Shown here: positions 1 through 12,793 of the stretch, one piece after another
Position numbering within the stretch: the first letter of the stretch is position 1
How the letters are laid out: every line of letters begins with the position of its first letter
From: Camelus ferus
Taxonomy: Eukaryota
Reading direction: 5' to 3'
Assembly (NCBI RefSeq): GCF_009834535.1
Contig: NC_045711.1
Span: forward strand, 25,234,001-25,298,000
DNA length: 64,000 nt
Position numbers and translations under genes: made by a program
Notes under the pieces: model-generated
Databases searched by the model: none
What the model was told of the DNA's origin: nothing
What the model saw: the letters and a program-made list of their open reading frames with translations, nothing else

Positions 1-156
1 TCCTGATTGTGATTTAAAAACTCATCCTGGAAAAATAATTTTGGTGAAAATTCCACTCTGGGGCCGGCAGAGAATGGGTAGTTGTATGATTCATTCCTGG
101 GGGTCTCTGGGTGGGTACATGAGCTGAGCCCTGCTCCCTGTGTCTCTGCTGGGGCT

Positions 157-327
157 TCAGGACAGCACGTAGACCTCCAGCAGGCTGGAGACAGCATGCA
201 TGCGGTAGAAGATGCCGAAAGGCAGGCAGATGTTGACGATGGCTGCCCAGAGGGAGTAGCCGTAGAAGTCCACCTCCACCGTGTTGCTGAAGTGAGGGCG
301 GGCCCCGAAGGCAGGCATGATCCACAG
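157..327 (-). CDS. OTOP2: Otopetrin-2 proton channel, last coding exon (LWIMPAFGARPHF...LLEVYVLS*)
   Basis: Acceptor ccccacAG before 327, TGA at 159-157; typical otopetrin C-terminus (FYRMHAVSSL). Summed CDS 313+137+59+134+878+171=1692 nt = 563 aa + stop. Confidence 0.96.
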   Translation of the reverse strand: MWIMPAFGARPHFSNTVEVDFYGYSLWAAIVNICLPFGIFYRMHAVSSLLEVYVLS

Positions 328-1885
328 CTGTGGGGAGAGAGGAGTGTCAGGACCTGGCTGGGACTCAGTCATTCTGCGGGCTTTGCTGGGTGTGCTGCGG
401 GGGGGGGGGGCAATGACAGGATGGGGGTCCTAGCCCTCTGATTTGGTGGACAGCAAGGGCTGGGTGTTGCTGAGTGGGGACCTCTCTCCAGCTCCACCCC
501 CACTCCCTGCCCCCTCCCCTGGTCTGGGAGGAGGTGGAAGCTGGAATTCTGCTTCCTCTCTGGCTTCGAGCTCAGATGGTTCAGGTATGGGGTGAGAGGC
601 AAAGAACAAAGGCTTCTAGGCTAATCCCACTCTCCCCACCCCAAGTGTATCACATCCTTGGGCACATCACAGCCCAGATCTGAGCCTGCTTTTGTCCTAT
701 AAAATGAAGGAGTTGGAGATGATGCTGGAGTTGATCCAGGCTCAGATGCTTGGAGCAAAAGCCGCATCCCAGGTGACTCCCAGCCTGTAGACTCCACCTT
801 GGAAGAAGGTGAGGGCGGGGCCAGGGCTGGGGGCCACACCGGAGCTGGAAGGAGGTTTTGAGCCTTACTGCTTCTACTGGTAGGTCAGAGATTAGTGATC
901 AGTCTTTTTTTTATAGGTTCCCTGTAGGAGGGATATTCACAGTGAGAACTTCACCAAGAATGCGCCTCAGTTAAGGGCACGTATTTCATGTAGACCTCAC
1001 TGGGGTGGAATCATTTAGATGTGTTCTATATTGGGATATACCCACAATTAGGCTGTTTCTGTAATAGGAGTATTTTCCTATTAGAGGTTACAGCTAAAAG
1101 GACTGTTTTACACTGAGCGAAACTTCACTGCGGTGTGCGCTCTATGTGGGGTGCATTCTCATGGGTATATGTTTCTGTGTTAGAGATTTCCCTCCTGGGG
1201 ATTATGTCTGCACTGGGGCTCTTCTCTGTTGGGCTGTAGCTACACGAGGAGTATTTCTCTATTGGGGTTCACCTTCACAAAGAGGGTTCCCATACAGGAG
1301 GTCCGTTTGTATTGGGTGAAGTCTGCTGTTAGCCAGAGGAGTTTCTCTCAGAAAGGAAGGGGCTTGGCTGAGTCACTGGGTCGGGGTTGGTGGTTGGGGA
1401 TGCTCCCATTCCCAGCCAGCCTGCACTCGGCTAACAGACCACTCACACTTACGCTGGGCTCTGCCACTTCCTGTTGCTGCTCTAATTATTCTAAGAAGCA
1501 GCCTGGTCACAAGTTCCCAGGAGCAGTCACACCTCCCATCTGGGAGTGAGGGCCCCTACTCTCCACATCAGTTTCACAGCTCCCTCTCACCTCTGCCCAG
1601 CCCCCATGTCAGCATTCTCTGGGGCTCTCTCCAGCTCCATTCGCTGTCTAGATGCCAGAACTCTGGGATTTCATTCTCTCTGTGTGCCCTGAGATGCTGT
1701 TTGCCCCGGGGGCTGCACCAGACCTTCGCTGAGTCTGCTCCTTTCCCAGAGAGCCATACAGATTCTCAAATGGGCTCGGAGCAAGACGGGGGGGGGGGGG
1801 GGCGGGCAAGCGAACAAACCTGAAAGAGCATCTTTCCTCAGCCTTGTCTTCCCCCAAGCCCATCCCCATCTCCAGCGTTACTCAC

Positions 1886-2763
1886 GATGATGTTGCAGAG
1901 CAGGAGAAACAGAGAAATGTCCTTCAAGCACCTGCTTCTCCAGTGGTCCTTGGGGGCTGAGGTGATGCTCACTGCTTCCTGAGGTCCTGCTGGGCTGGGG
2001 CCAACCAGCTCGGCGGGGGGCGGGCAGGCAGGCAAGGTGTGGAGGGCATCCAGGTTGGCAAAGGTAAGACCTTGGCAGGGCTCCCTGGGGGGAGTGCCAT
2101 GAGTCTCATCCCCGGGGGGTCCCCGGTGGAGACTCTCAATGATGAACACATTCTGGAAGATGTGCTGCGCAATCATGAGCAGAGCATGGGCTAAGTTGAG
2201 CCCTGCCAGCAGGTCCCTGGGTGTGCCCACCACCACGGCCACGATAGAGTAGTAGGAGATGGCATACTGGCCCAGGGCAGCACCCATCAGCAGGGCCACG
2301 TCCAGGGTGCGCGTGGGGTTCTTATGATGGTCCATGGCTCGGCGGTCAAAACGGTAGATGACTGAGCCACTCAGGCTGACCAAGGTCATGAGCCCCAGAC
2401 AGACGATGTTGAAGATGTAGTAGATGACCAGGGCCTGCTGGGTGCGGCCCGTCTCCCCGCTTACTTGGACCTCGTAGATGATGAAGACGGCCAGCCCTAC
2501 CACGAAGAGTATCAGGCCCAGGATGGGACCAACAAAAAAGGTCTCCCGGAAGAGGCTGATGGGGGATGGGGTGTGGCTGTGGCCGTGGGTCGAGGAGGCC
2601 AGCAGCCTGCCCACGTTCTTCCACATGACGTAGAGCATTGTAGAGGCAAAGAGGCTGTACTCGATGTTGAAGGGATACAGGTAGAAGTAGCCCTGCTGGA
2701 AGACCTGGCAGACGGCCGTGTTGCAGGAGCAGTCTCCTCCGGCGGCGCTGCCTGCACGCTCCC
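1886..2763 (-). CDS. OTOP2: Otopetrin-2, coding exon 5 (878 nt)
   Basis: Within ORF 1838..2917; ctctccgcAG acceptor, GTGAGT donor at 1885; contains FQQGYFYLYPFNIEYSL, HKNPTRTLDVALL, FQNVFIIESL otopetrin motifs. Confidence 0.96.
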
Positions 2764-3299
2764 CTGCGGAGAGAGGGGCACAGAGCTGCCCTCCCACCCT
2801 CCGGAGGTACCCACCCCGAAGAACCTCACCCCTAGACCGTGACCTTTGGAAGGGCAGGGTTGCTATCTGCCACCACCATATCCCACAGCCGGCACAGGGC
2901 CTGGCACGTTCATTCACACCACAAGGATTTACTGAGCACCTAGTATGTGCCAGAGACTGTGGGACACATCAGTAAACAATAGCCAATGTGCAATGAAAAA
3001 AAAAAATCTGAACTGCAGAATTGCCTGCTTCACACTGTCCCATTCCCTCGGAAAAATACTCCCAGTGTGCCTCTCTGTACCCCTGCAGCCCCAGCACGTT
3101 AGGTGGTTCTTTGTCAGTCTTGCTGGGCTGGGGTCTTCTGTAGGTCTGGATGCAGGCTTTCCATTCCTGGACCCTCCTATACTGGGTGTGTGTGTCTTCA
3201 GGTGAGGTCCAGATGGACTTGGTCATCTAGTCTGAATTTAGCTGGTGGTGTGGCCCTAAAGAAGTCCAGAGGACCAGGACTGGGGGTACAATTCTTCAG

Positions 3300-3535
3300 G
3301 ATAGCATACTGGTTCAAAGCAAAGATGGATCTCAACACTAGTTCTCCCAATTTCAAGTTCTGTGACCTTGGGCAAGCTACTTAATCTCTCTATGCCTTAA
3401 TTTCTGCATCTGTAAAAAGGGAATGTGAATAGTACCCATCTCATAGGGAGGTTGCAAGGGTTAAGGAAGATAGTGTTTAAGACATTTAGCACAGCACCTG
3501 ACACATAGGGCTCAGTGAATTGTCACTATTGTCAT
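3300..3535 (+). mobile_element. MIR SINE
   Basis: MIR core tgtgaccttgggcaag...catctgtaaaa...acctgacacatag. Many other MIR fragments occur (about 12120, 16205, 17550, 19930, 25330, 31770, 36200, 38910, 41850, 47090, 54610, 59570, 63290). Confidence 0.85.
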
Positions 3536-3905
3536 CGTGATTATTTCTACCTTCTCCTTCTTGCCAGGCACTCCCATCTGATCCTATAATTCCATTCTCA
3601 AATCACTCTGTCTCCCTTCCCTTCTCTCCAGCCTGATCACTCTCGTGCTTTCTTCCTGGAGCATGAATCCCTTCTTTGCTGGGATGAAGACCTGGACAGT
3701 GGGTCCGAGGCTGTATCATCCAAGATGAAAAGATGCAGCTCCATTCTTCCTCCTGGGCCACCCACATCTAAACTTCTTCAGAGGTGTAGCCTGGAGCAAG
3801 AGGAGGTTCCTGGCCTCCACCTGGCTTCCCTCTACAAGTCCACAAAGCACCCAGCCCAAGGTCTGGCCACCACAGGGCCAGGGTTAATCTGAAGTGGGCA
3901 CTCAC

Positions 3906-4039
3906 AGTCCTGAGTGAGGCGGGTGTAGCTGGTGTTGCCATGAGAACTGCTGTGGGAGTGGGCCTGGTGCACGGATTCATCCACCACGGCTGCCATCCAG
4001 ATAGCCAGGTTGGTGGTGAGGGTGAACATGAGACCACAT
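3906..4039 (-). CDS. OTOP2: Otopetrin-2, coding exon 4 (CGLMFTLTTNLAIWMAAVVDES...)
   Basis: ccccaaacAG acceptor, GTGAGT donor; 134 nt, phase-compatible with neighbours. Confidence 0.93.
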
Positions 4040-4522
4040 CTGTTTGGGGAAGGAGAGCAAAGAGGCCAGGGAGAGTCTTTGGCTCATCTTGGGTTTCTGG
4101 CAAGGTGGAGAGTTGGGGATGCTGTACTGGGAGATGGTGCTGACAAGCAAGCAAGCCATCAGGCCCCTGTGTGAACAGGGTAGCTGAGTTTGGAAGGTAG
4201 ACTTAGCCTGGCTGGGATGCCAGCCAAGAGAGGGCTGGGCACACCCAGAGACTCAGGCCACTGCTGCTCCCTTCACTAGGGGAAAGGACATTTGTACACT
4301 ACACACACCATCCCACCAGGTGTGCCAAGTGTGCACATGCTTGCACACACACAGAGCACAGGGTCGTAGAAATCAGGCTGACCAAGTCAGGGAGCCTGGC
4401 TGAAACTCCACCTGGGGGCAGAAAGAGGACCTATGGCCCAGGTTGGGAAACGTTCATCTCATGCCAAGTGAGCCTGGCCCTGTGCATGGACATTGAACCA
4501 CGGACATGAAGTAGGCACTCAC

Positions 4523-4581
4523 CTTGTCAGATCCAGGTGGGTGTGAATACAATCTTTGGCGGAGACCCAGAGAAAGTAAGT
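4523..4581 (-). CDS. OTOP2: Otopetrin-2, coding exon 3 (TYFLWVSAKDCIHTHLDLTR)
   Basis: 59-nt exon absent from the ORF track, read manually: caacacAG|ACTTACTTT...ACAAG|GTGAGT; restores frame. Confidence 0.92.
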
Positions 4582-5723
4582 CTGTGTTGAGAGAGAGTGG
4601 TGGGGTCATTTCCTCTGCAGACAGGATCAACCTGGGAGCGCCCAGGTCCACGCCGACCACTATGTCCTGTCCACCTCATGAGCCCCGGTACTAAGTGATC
4701 AAGTTCATTGCATCCTTACTGAATGAGACACGAGCTCTCTTTCTATTCTCTGAATCAATTTGTATCAAATAGTTCTCTGTTCTTTAAAAATCTGCAAAAA
4801 TGTCACCTGTAAGCTCTCTGGCATGCGGTTTGTTTTCTGTTTCTTGGCAGGGTAGAGGAGGAGGAGTTTTGACTGCCTATTTACTTATTCCTGGGAGCAG
4901 GCCTCAGGCTAGGTCTTGTTCAAAGTAGAAAGAATCTGGGAAGCTTCTCACTTCTTTTTGGCAGCATCCCCTGCCCCATCCTCATCCTTGGCTGCCCTGC
5001 AAGTAATGGCTCTCACTGGCTGCCCACAAATCCTTGCTGTGATATTGATTGTGGTGGGGTATCTGTATTTCTGTTTTGCCTAAATATTCTTCAAACTCAT
5101 AAAATGTAAAATTAAAACAATATAAATGCCAGAGTCATAAATGTGTTAAAAATTGTGGAGACTTGGGCAGCAGGGGTGATGTTTCAGCAGAGGGAACCAC
5201 ACACTTGGTCATTCTGATTATGATACAGGGCTGGGGTCTGTTCTGGTCCCATGTAGGACTAGTCCTGCCTCAGGTCAATCAGAAGATCTTTTCAAGTGTT
5301 ACTTATGCAACAAATAAAAACTTGAACTTGTTTGAAAAATCCCACGTATCGGATGCCCTATTTCCTGAACAAATACAGAATATAGGGGATGAGACTGAGG
5401 TCAAACTGGCCATGCCCACAGCAGACCCTGAGCTGAGATCGATGCCTTCTATGGGCACCCACAAAGGGCAGGGCAGGTTCTAGGAGACCCAGCAGCTGCC
5501 ACAAGTGACACCTCCTAGGTGTTAACTGCTTAGGTTGAAATGAAATTGCGGGGCCCATAAGTAGGCACTCACATTACCAAGTGCTTCATGATTTATGAAC
5601 TCATATGATCTGCACTACAATCCTATCCCCACCTTAACTGATTGCTCAGCGTAGAAGAGGAGTGGAGCTTGGGTCTCCTGACTTCAGGCCAGGTGTTGGC
5701 TCCTTTTCACTCCTCCCACCCAC

Positions 5724-5860
5724 CTGGACAATGACAAACACAGCCTGGGTGAGAGGATGCAGGATCTTGATGGCTGACTGGCACTCAAAGAAACTGGAGT
5801 AGTAGCCGGTCTTGAAGACGTCCATGACGAGAGTGCAGATCCCAAACAGCACCAGCCCAC
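5724..5860 (-). CDS. OTOP2: Otopetrin-2, coding exon 2 (GGLVLFGICTLVMDVFK...AVFVIVQ)
   Basis: cattcccAG acceptor, CAG|GTGGGT donor, 137 nt; within ORF 5646..6065. Confidence 0.94.
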
Positions 5861-5920
5861 CTGGGAATGGGATGGGGGTGGTGGTCAGGGAGACAGAAGA
5901 GAAGGCTGATAGATTTGAGG

Positions 5921-6048
5921 ATGGATGGCTAAGTAGTTGTATAGTTGGGTGGATGGATGGATGAATGGGGTAGGTGCAAGGATGGTTGGATGGGTGGATG
6001 GATGGATGGAAGGATAGGTGTAAGACTGAGTCAGTGGATGCATGGATG
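5921..6048 (+). repeat. Degenerate (GGAT/TGGA)n microsatellite in OTOP2 intron
   Basis: Repeated ggatggat units. Confidence 0.85.
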
Positions 6049-6387
6049 TCCAATTGAGCCCCCATCTCTTTGGGGCTGCATAGATAAGCTTAGCCTGGAT
6101 AGGCTCTTTTCATTGCATCTATCATCTTTTTGCTCTCCATCAGAGTCTCTCCCGTGACCCCCTCTTTCAGTCTTTAGACAGGGCAAAGAAGTTCCACTCA
6201 TCCCTCTTGCAGGACTCTTTCTCTTCTCTCTCAACAGCTGCCCACCTCACCCTCAGACACATCTAGTCTTCCCTAGGGGAACATCTCACTGGTCTACGTC
6301 GAAGAGCACCCCATAGTTCCTCTGAGAGTCCCAGCCTCCAGCTCCGCGCCGAGCCCACCCCACTTCCGATCCCACCTCCCCTGGCAC

Positions 6388-6700
6388 CTCGGAGCCAGAT
6401 GGGGCCGGCGTGCGCGTCCCGGTAGGGGACGGCGCCTGGGCAGCGCACGGTGCGAAGGAGGTAGAAGAGAATCCAGAGCACAGCCAGCAGCATCATGGTG
6501 GTGAGCAGCGCGAACACGTCGGTGTCGTACACCGCCACCTTGTTGAAGGCGCCGCCGCTGATAAGCGTGCAGGCGAGGAGGAGCACGTTCACGGCCAGCA
6601 GCACCGACAGCAGGCGGCCGCCCTTCTTCCACACCTCGCGGGGGCCTGCCCGCGGCGCCGGCGGGCTCTCCTTGGGGCCCGTGGCCAGCTCCTCGGACAT
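6388..6700 (-). CDS. OTOP2: Otopetrin-2, first coding exon (MSEELATGPKESPP...PIWLR)
   Basis: ATG 6700-6698 in cctgccATG context; donor GAG|GTGCCA at 6387; upstream acceptor tctcccacAG puts the exon start at 6730. Confidence 0.95.
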
Positions 6701-6968
6701 GGCAGGGGTGACTGGAGATTGGAGGGGTCACTGTGGGAGAACAGCGGACAGGAGCCCAGGTGAGCCCCCCCCCAGGGCTCTCCTTCCTCCATCTTATCCC
6801 TAGATTTGGGGACCGAGGAGCTCCTCACCCGTCAGGTAGGGGCTGCAGGTGGTGGAGGAAGCGCTGGGGAAGGGAAAGAGGAAAGCCTACCGTGCAGGTC
6901 TCGCGCTCGACGGGAGGAAAGGAGAAGCGATTGCAGCCCCATCGGACCCTGTCCAAGGTCCCACTCAC

Positions 6969-7040
6969 CAAATCCGTCTGCCGGGTGGGCCAGGAGCCCG
7001 CGCAGAGCTGGGGGGCAGGGGGCGGCAAGTGTCTCCTCTC
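6969..7040 (-). other. OTOP2: Candidate non-coding first exon of OTOP2
   Basis: Strong donor TTG|GTGAGT at 6968 and TATAAAG at 7070-7064 about 30 nt upstream of the inferred start; TSS is inferred. Confidence 0.45.
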
Positions 7041-8101
7041 TCTCAGGCCGGGCTGGACAGGCGCTTTATACCAGGGAGGGCAAGGTGATTTACAGCCGCG
7101 GGAACTCAGCTCCATAAACCTCTCAGTCCCACTCACATGATCCATCTTTTTTCCGAGCTGAATTTAGGGAAGAGCGTGCGGTAGCCAGATAAGGTGAGAT
7201 TTATATTTACCCATTAAGAGGCGCCCCCTCCCCCGCCGCCCTGTCACCTCGGCGCAGCCAGGCTCGGGCGCGGCCCCGCACTGCGGCACCCAGAGGGCAC
7301 ACCGCCCCCGGCGCCCACCGCGCCCTGGCGCCCCGCGATGCCGACGCCCTGAGAACTGAGGCTCAACACAAGCCCACGGGCCCTCAGGCACCCCGACGCC
7401 TTTCCAGCCCCGGCGCGCCCGGTACTTTCGTGCTCCCCTGTCGCTGGACCAAGATCGGGACCCTGGTGCCTCTTTCCCCGACACCCTCAACAGTGGTAGA
7501 AGTTTCCTCTTCCGCTATCCCTACCTCTGCGTCCTTGCTCCGCTGGATGAGGCTAAGTCCGGCTTTTGGACGAAGTTCTCCGGCGGCGCACGGAGTCGGC
7601 GCCCAGTCTTCCAGCGCCCCCTGCTGGAGCGCGCCGGGCGACCTCTGAGCAAGCTGGTGGCGGCCAAGACAGCCGAGTCTTGCTCCCTGACAGTCTGACC
7701 GTCGGTCCTCGTAACCCTCTTACGCCCACTGTCCCATGGGTCAGGACTGCCCTCAGACACCCCTCTGCCGCCCTTGGCCCGTTCCTTTAACTGGTGGAGA
7801 CGTCGGGTTCTCAGAGCCGGAGCTCTAGTTAGGAGAGACCGCCTACTATCCCCAACTGTCCCCACGGGGCGGGACGCTGGGGTGGGCACTTTTGGAGAGA
7901 GATAGGCCCGGTGTGTTCGGGAGCTGGGTCACCCCGTGCGGTCGGGAGCAGGGTGTTTAGGACCCAGGGGCAGCCCGGGGCGGCCCTCTGGGCCGCAGGA
8001 GATCCTCCCCCCGCCTCTTCCCCGCCGGGCGAGCGGCTCAGATGTCCGAGTAGCGGCGGCCGGGGCGCTCCGCATCTTCTGTCTGCGGCGGTGGTGGCTA
8101 G

Positions 8102-8392
<291 letters not shown>

Positions 8393-10535
8393 TGAGTATC
8401 TCCTGTCCTGGGGCATCTGGGAGCCCCTGAAGACCTACCCTCACCATCCTTCCCACTCCATGGCATCTTCCCGCCTCATCTGAGCCACCCCTTTCCCTAA
8501 GACGGACCCTGAGGTGGAACTTTGGAGATTGACAGTCGTGGGAGGGGGAAACAAGCTGAGGCTTGTGTGACACTTGTGACCTGGATGTGGGGCCAGGGAG
8601 GGAAGGGACTGGGACTTGGGGGTCCACTATTGTGGGAGGGGTTGGAGAGTAAGGGGAAGGTGGGAGGGATCTCCTCCTGGGTGGGTGGCATCTGGAAGCA
8701 AGAGCAAGGGAACAGTGAGAAGGGGGGAGGAGGAGCAGAAGCCTCAGAGGGGCCAGAAGGGGGGCTGGGAAAGGAGAGGCTCTTCACTGACTAACCCCCC
8801 AGTCCAAGGGCTCCCCCGGCCAGTGCCCACACCTCGCCACTAGCTGGTCTCACACAGCTCTCTCCCTCCACATTCCTAGGATTTATGAGCACTGTCCACT
8901 GTACCAAATGTCACTGGGTTCAGCCACCCCATAACTCCCTCCGTGCTCCTCTCCCACAACACACTCCCTCCCTCTCCCTTTGGAGTCATCTGTGGGGAGG
9001 AGTGGGCATTGAATCCAGGTGTCAGGGCCTGGGAAGGGATTTGGAGGTAGCAGTTGAGGAATGCGGTGTCCAGGGCCACTGACGTGGGCTCCCTAGGGCT
9101 GAATGATGCTGTGGACAACTCTGCCAGCCCCAGCAGTTTTATAAAAAGAAGTCAGGTTGAACTGGACATAAGGGTGGCCCGGACAGGGAAAAAGAGTTTA
9201 AGAGATGCCCCAGGAGGGTTAATATGATTATCTCAGACCCTGGGAAATCATGGTGGAGGGGAAGGGTCCCAGCTGGCCCTGGTGCCATGCACTGGCCTGT
9301 GGTTTGAGCATGTGGTGGGTGGGGAACCCTCCTTGCCCTCCTTCCCCGGCTGCTCCTCGGGCCCAGCAGTAGATGGGAACATCCCTAAGCCCAGGAAGCT
9401 GAGCCACGTTCCGAGAGGCTGAGACTGGCCCCTGTTTAAGCCAGGAGGGCACACAGTGATCCTGCCATCCTGCTCCCTGCTCAGAGAGATTCATAGGAGG
9501 AGGGGGAAAGGGGGGCCCCTTGGTGCACCAAACACCCCAACTCCTACAGAGAGCACCAGTAGGTGTTTTGTGGGCTGTGGGCCAGATGCCGAGCATCCCA
9601 CATTGTCCCACAGGACTTGGAGACCAGTAAGGGAAGTGAGGAAGGGGTTGTGGGGGGAGCTGTTGAGACAAAGAAGTGATTCTTCCTCTAGTCCTGCGGG
9701 GCAGCCTCCTCATTAGCGTGGGGCAGAGGCTGAGCTAGGCCCCTGAGGGAGGGGCGAGCTTGGAGGAGCCAGCAGGAACGTGTCCAAGGCGAGCACAGTC
9801 TGATGTGGAGGGTGTTGGAGGGGGCTGCATGGGACCCCTGGCCAGGCCCAAACCAGCCTGCCTCACAGGGCTCCCAAAGATGGGGCAGTCCGAGGTAGGG
9901 AGGGCAGCTGGGCCCAGGTTCCGACTGCCCTCCCCCTCCCTCCATTCCTGGCTGCTCCCACGCTCCCCTCCTGGCCCAGGCCAAGACCCGACACCTGCTC
10001 TCACACGCGGCCTTGCTAGGCCTGGCCCTGCTCCCTGCCGACGTGGCCGTGCCCGCCGACAGGCAGGCACACACCTTCACACACTCATTCACTCAGGGCT
10101 CAGGCCCAGGACACACCACCCTCTCCTCCTCTTTTCCGTTCACTCCTGCACTGGCAGCCACACTCGCCGCCACGCCTGCCTAGAGACCCACACTCGGCCC
10201 TGGCCCACCACCTCTCTGGGCCAGCTCCCCGCTGGGCCCCATGAATAATTCACTCCTTTCTCTCCGGGCATCAAATATTTATCCCCTGAGATTCCCAGCC
10301 CTCAGTTCTCTAGGGGAAGGCCCCGCCCAGGCCCCGCCTTCTCCGTCGCCCCACCCCTTGCGCGCCTGGGGCCATTTTTAACCCTGGGCTCGCTCTAGTG
10401 GGGACGGGTGGCCCAGGGCTGCGTGTCTCCTGCAGTCAGAGGAGGGACCATCGAGTCCCTCTCGTGTGCCGGTGGGGAAGCTCAGCCAGGCTGGGGGCTC
10501 CCCACACCTGCAGCCAGTGCCGACTGCCTGCCTGA

Positions 10536-11798
<1,263 letters not shown>

Positions 11799-12789
11799 TG
11801 AGTGCCCAGAGCCTCGATGATACAGGAAGATAGGGGTTATAAGGCCCTGGGGTGGGGGTGGATCTGCCTTTTCGGGAGTGGGAGTGGGAGTGGGAGTGGG
11901 ATAAATTTAAGTCGCCATCAGTTACAAGAAGCCCCACTTATTTACCCCCACTTTGGAAAAAGAAGCTGCCAATTTACACCACCAATGTAGAATGCGCCTC
12001 GATTTTGGGGATGTCAAAATGCATCTTTATATGGATGAGATGCAGTAGTCATAGTAATCACAGCCAGGATGATTTGAGCCCTCCTATCTCCCGGGTACGG
12101 GAGATGCACTTGCACGAGTCCTCTCATTTATTCAACTATCATGTGTGGGGCTATAGCATCCCCATTTTACAGGTGAGCAAGTGGCGGTTCAGAGGTCAGA
12201 GTATCTCACTCAGGGTCCTGCTGCTGCTCAGTGCAGAGCTGGACTTGATCTCTGGTCTGTGTGGCTCTAGAGCCTGGGGACAAGGTAACTGCCATGGAAT
12301 GGAGAGTGTGGCAGCCAGTCGTCTCCCCAAATGCCCCAGCCCTCAAGGTAGATATTTTACCTGCTGGTCGCTGAACCCTGTACCCAAGAGCATGAGCAAA
12401 TGCTCTCAACAGGGCCAACAGCAGCCTTGAGGGCAGAAATGTCACATTCAAAATGCCATCAAGGGGAGCTTGAGGCTGCTGTCACACTGGTGGTACTGTT
12501 GGCTCATCCCTGGCCTGCCCCTCCATCATGGCATCCCACATGTCCAACAAACCCTGCTGTCCCCTTTTGATATCTATGGCCTTTACCCTGCACAGCTGGA
12601 CAGGGGTGGATGTGGGGGGAAGTCTGGTCTAGAGTTTGGAGGATGAGGAGGGGACCCCTAGGCCATTAGCCCCATCCCTGACTATCACTCTGCTCAGAGA
12701 GGGTAAGTGATCAAAATTGCTGTTCTTGGCTTAAAATGATGTCTCCAAAGGCCCTTATCTGAGGTCTGTTTCTGTCTCTTTCTCCACAG

Positions 12790-12793
12790 ATAA
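12790..12793 (+). CDS. USH1G: USH1G exon 3 coding part (A TAA: last base of terminal Leu plus stop), followed by 3' UTR
   Basis: Pyrimidine tract tttctgtctctttctccacAG|ATAA; CT|A TAA completes Leu-stop; total CDS 164+1218+4=1386 nt = 461 aa. Confidence 0.85.

Noticed and set aside
6382-6387. Non-consensus donors (GTGCCA in OTOP2; GTGCTG and GTCTGG in FDXR; GTGCCT and GTGTGC in GRIN2C) as signs of mis-modelling or pseudogenisation
   Set aside because: All are canonical GT with strong exonic NAG, and they give intact frames of expected length.
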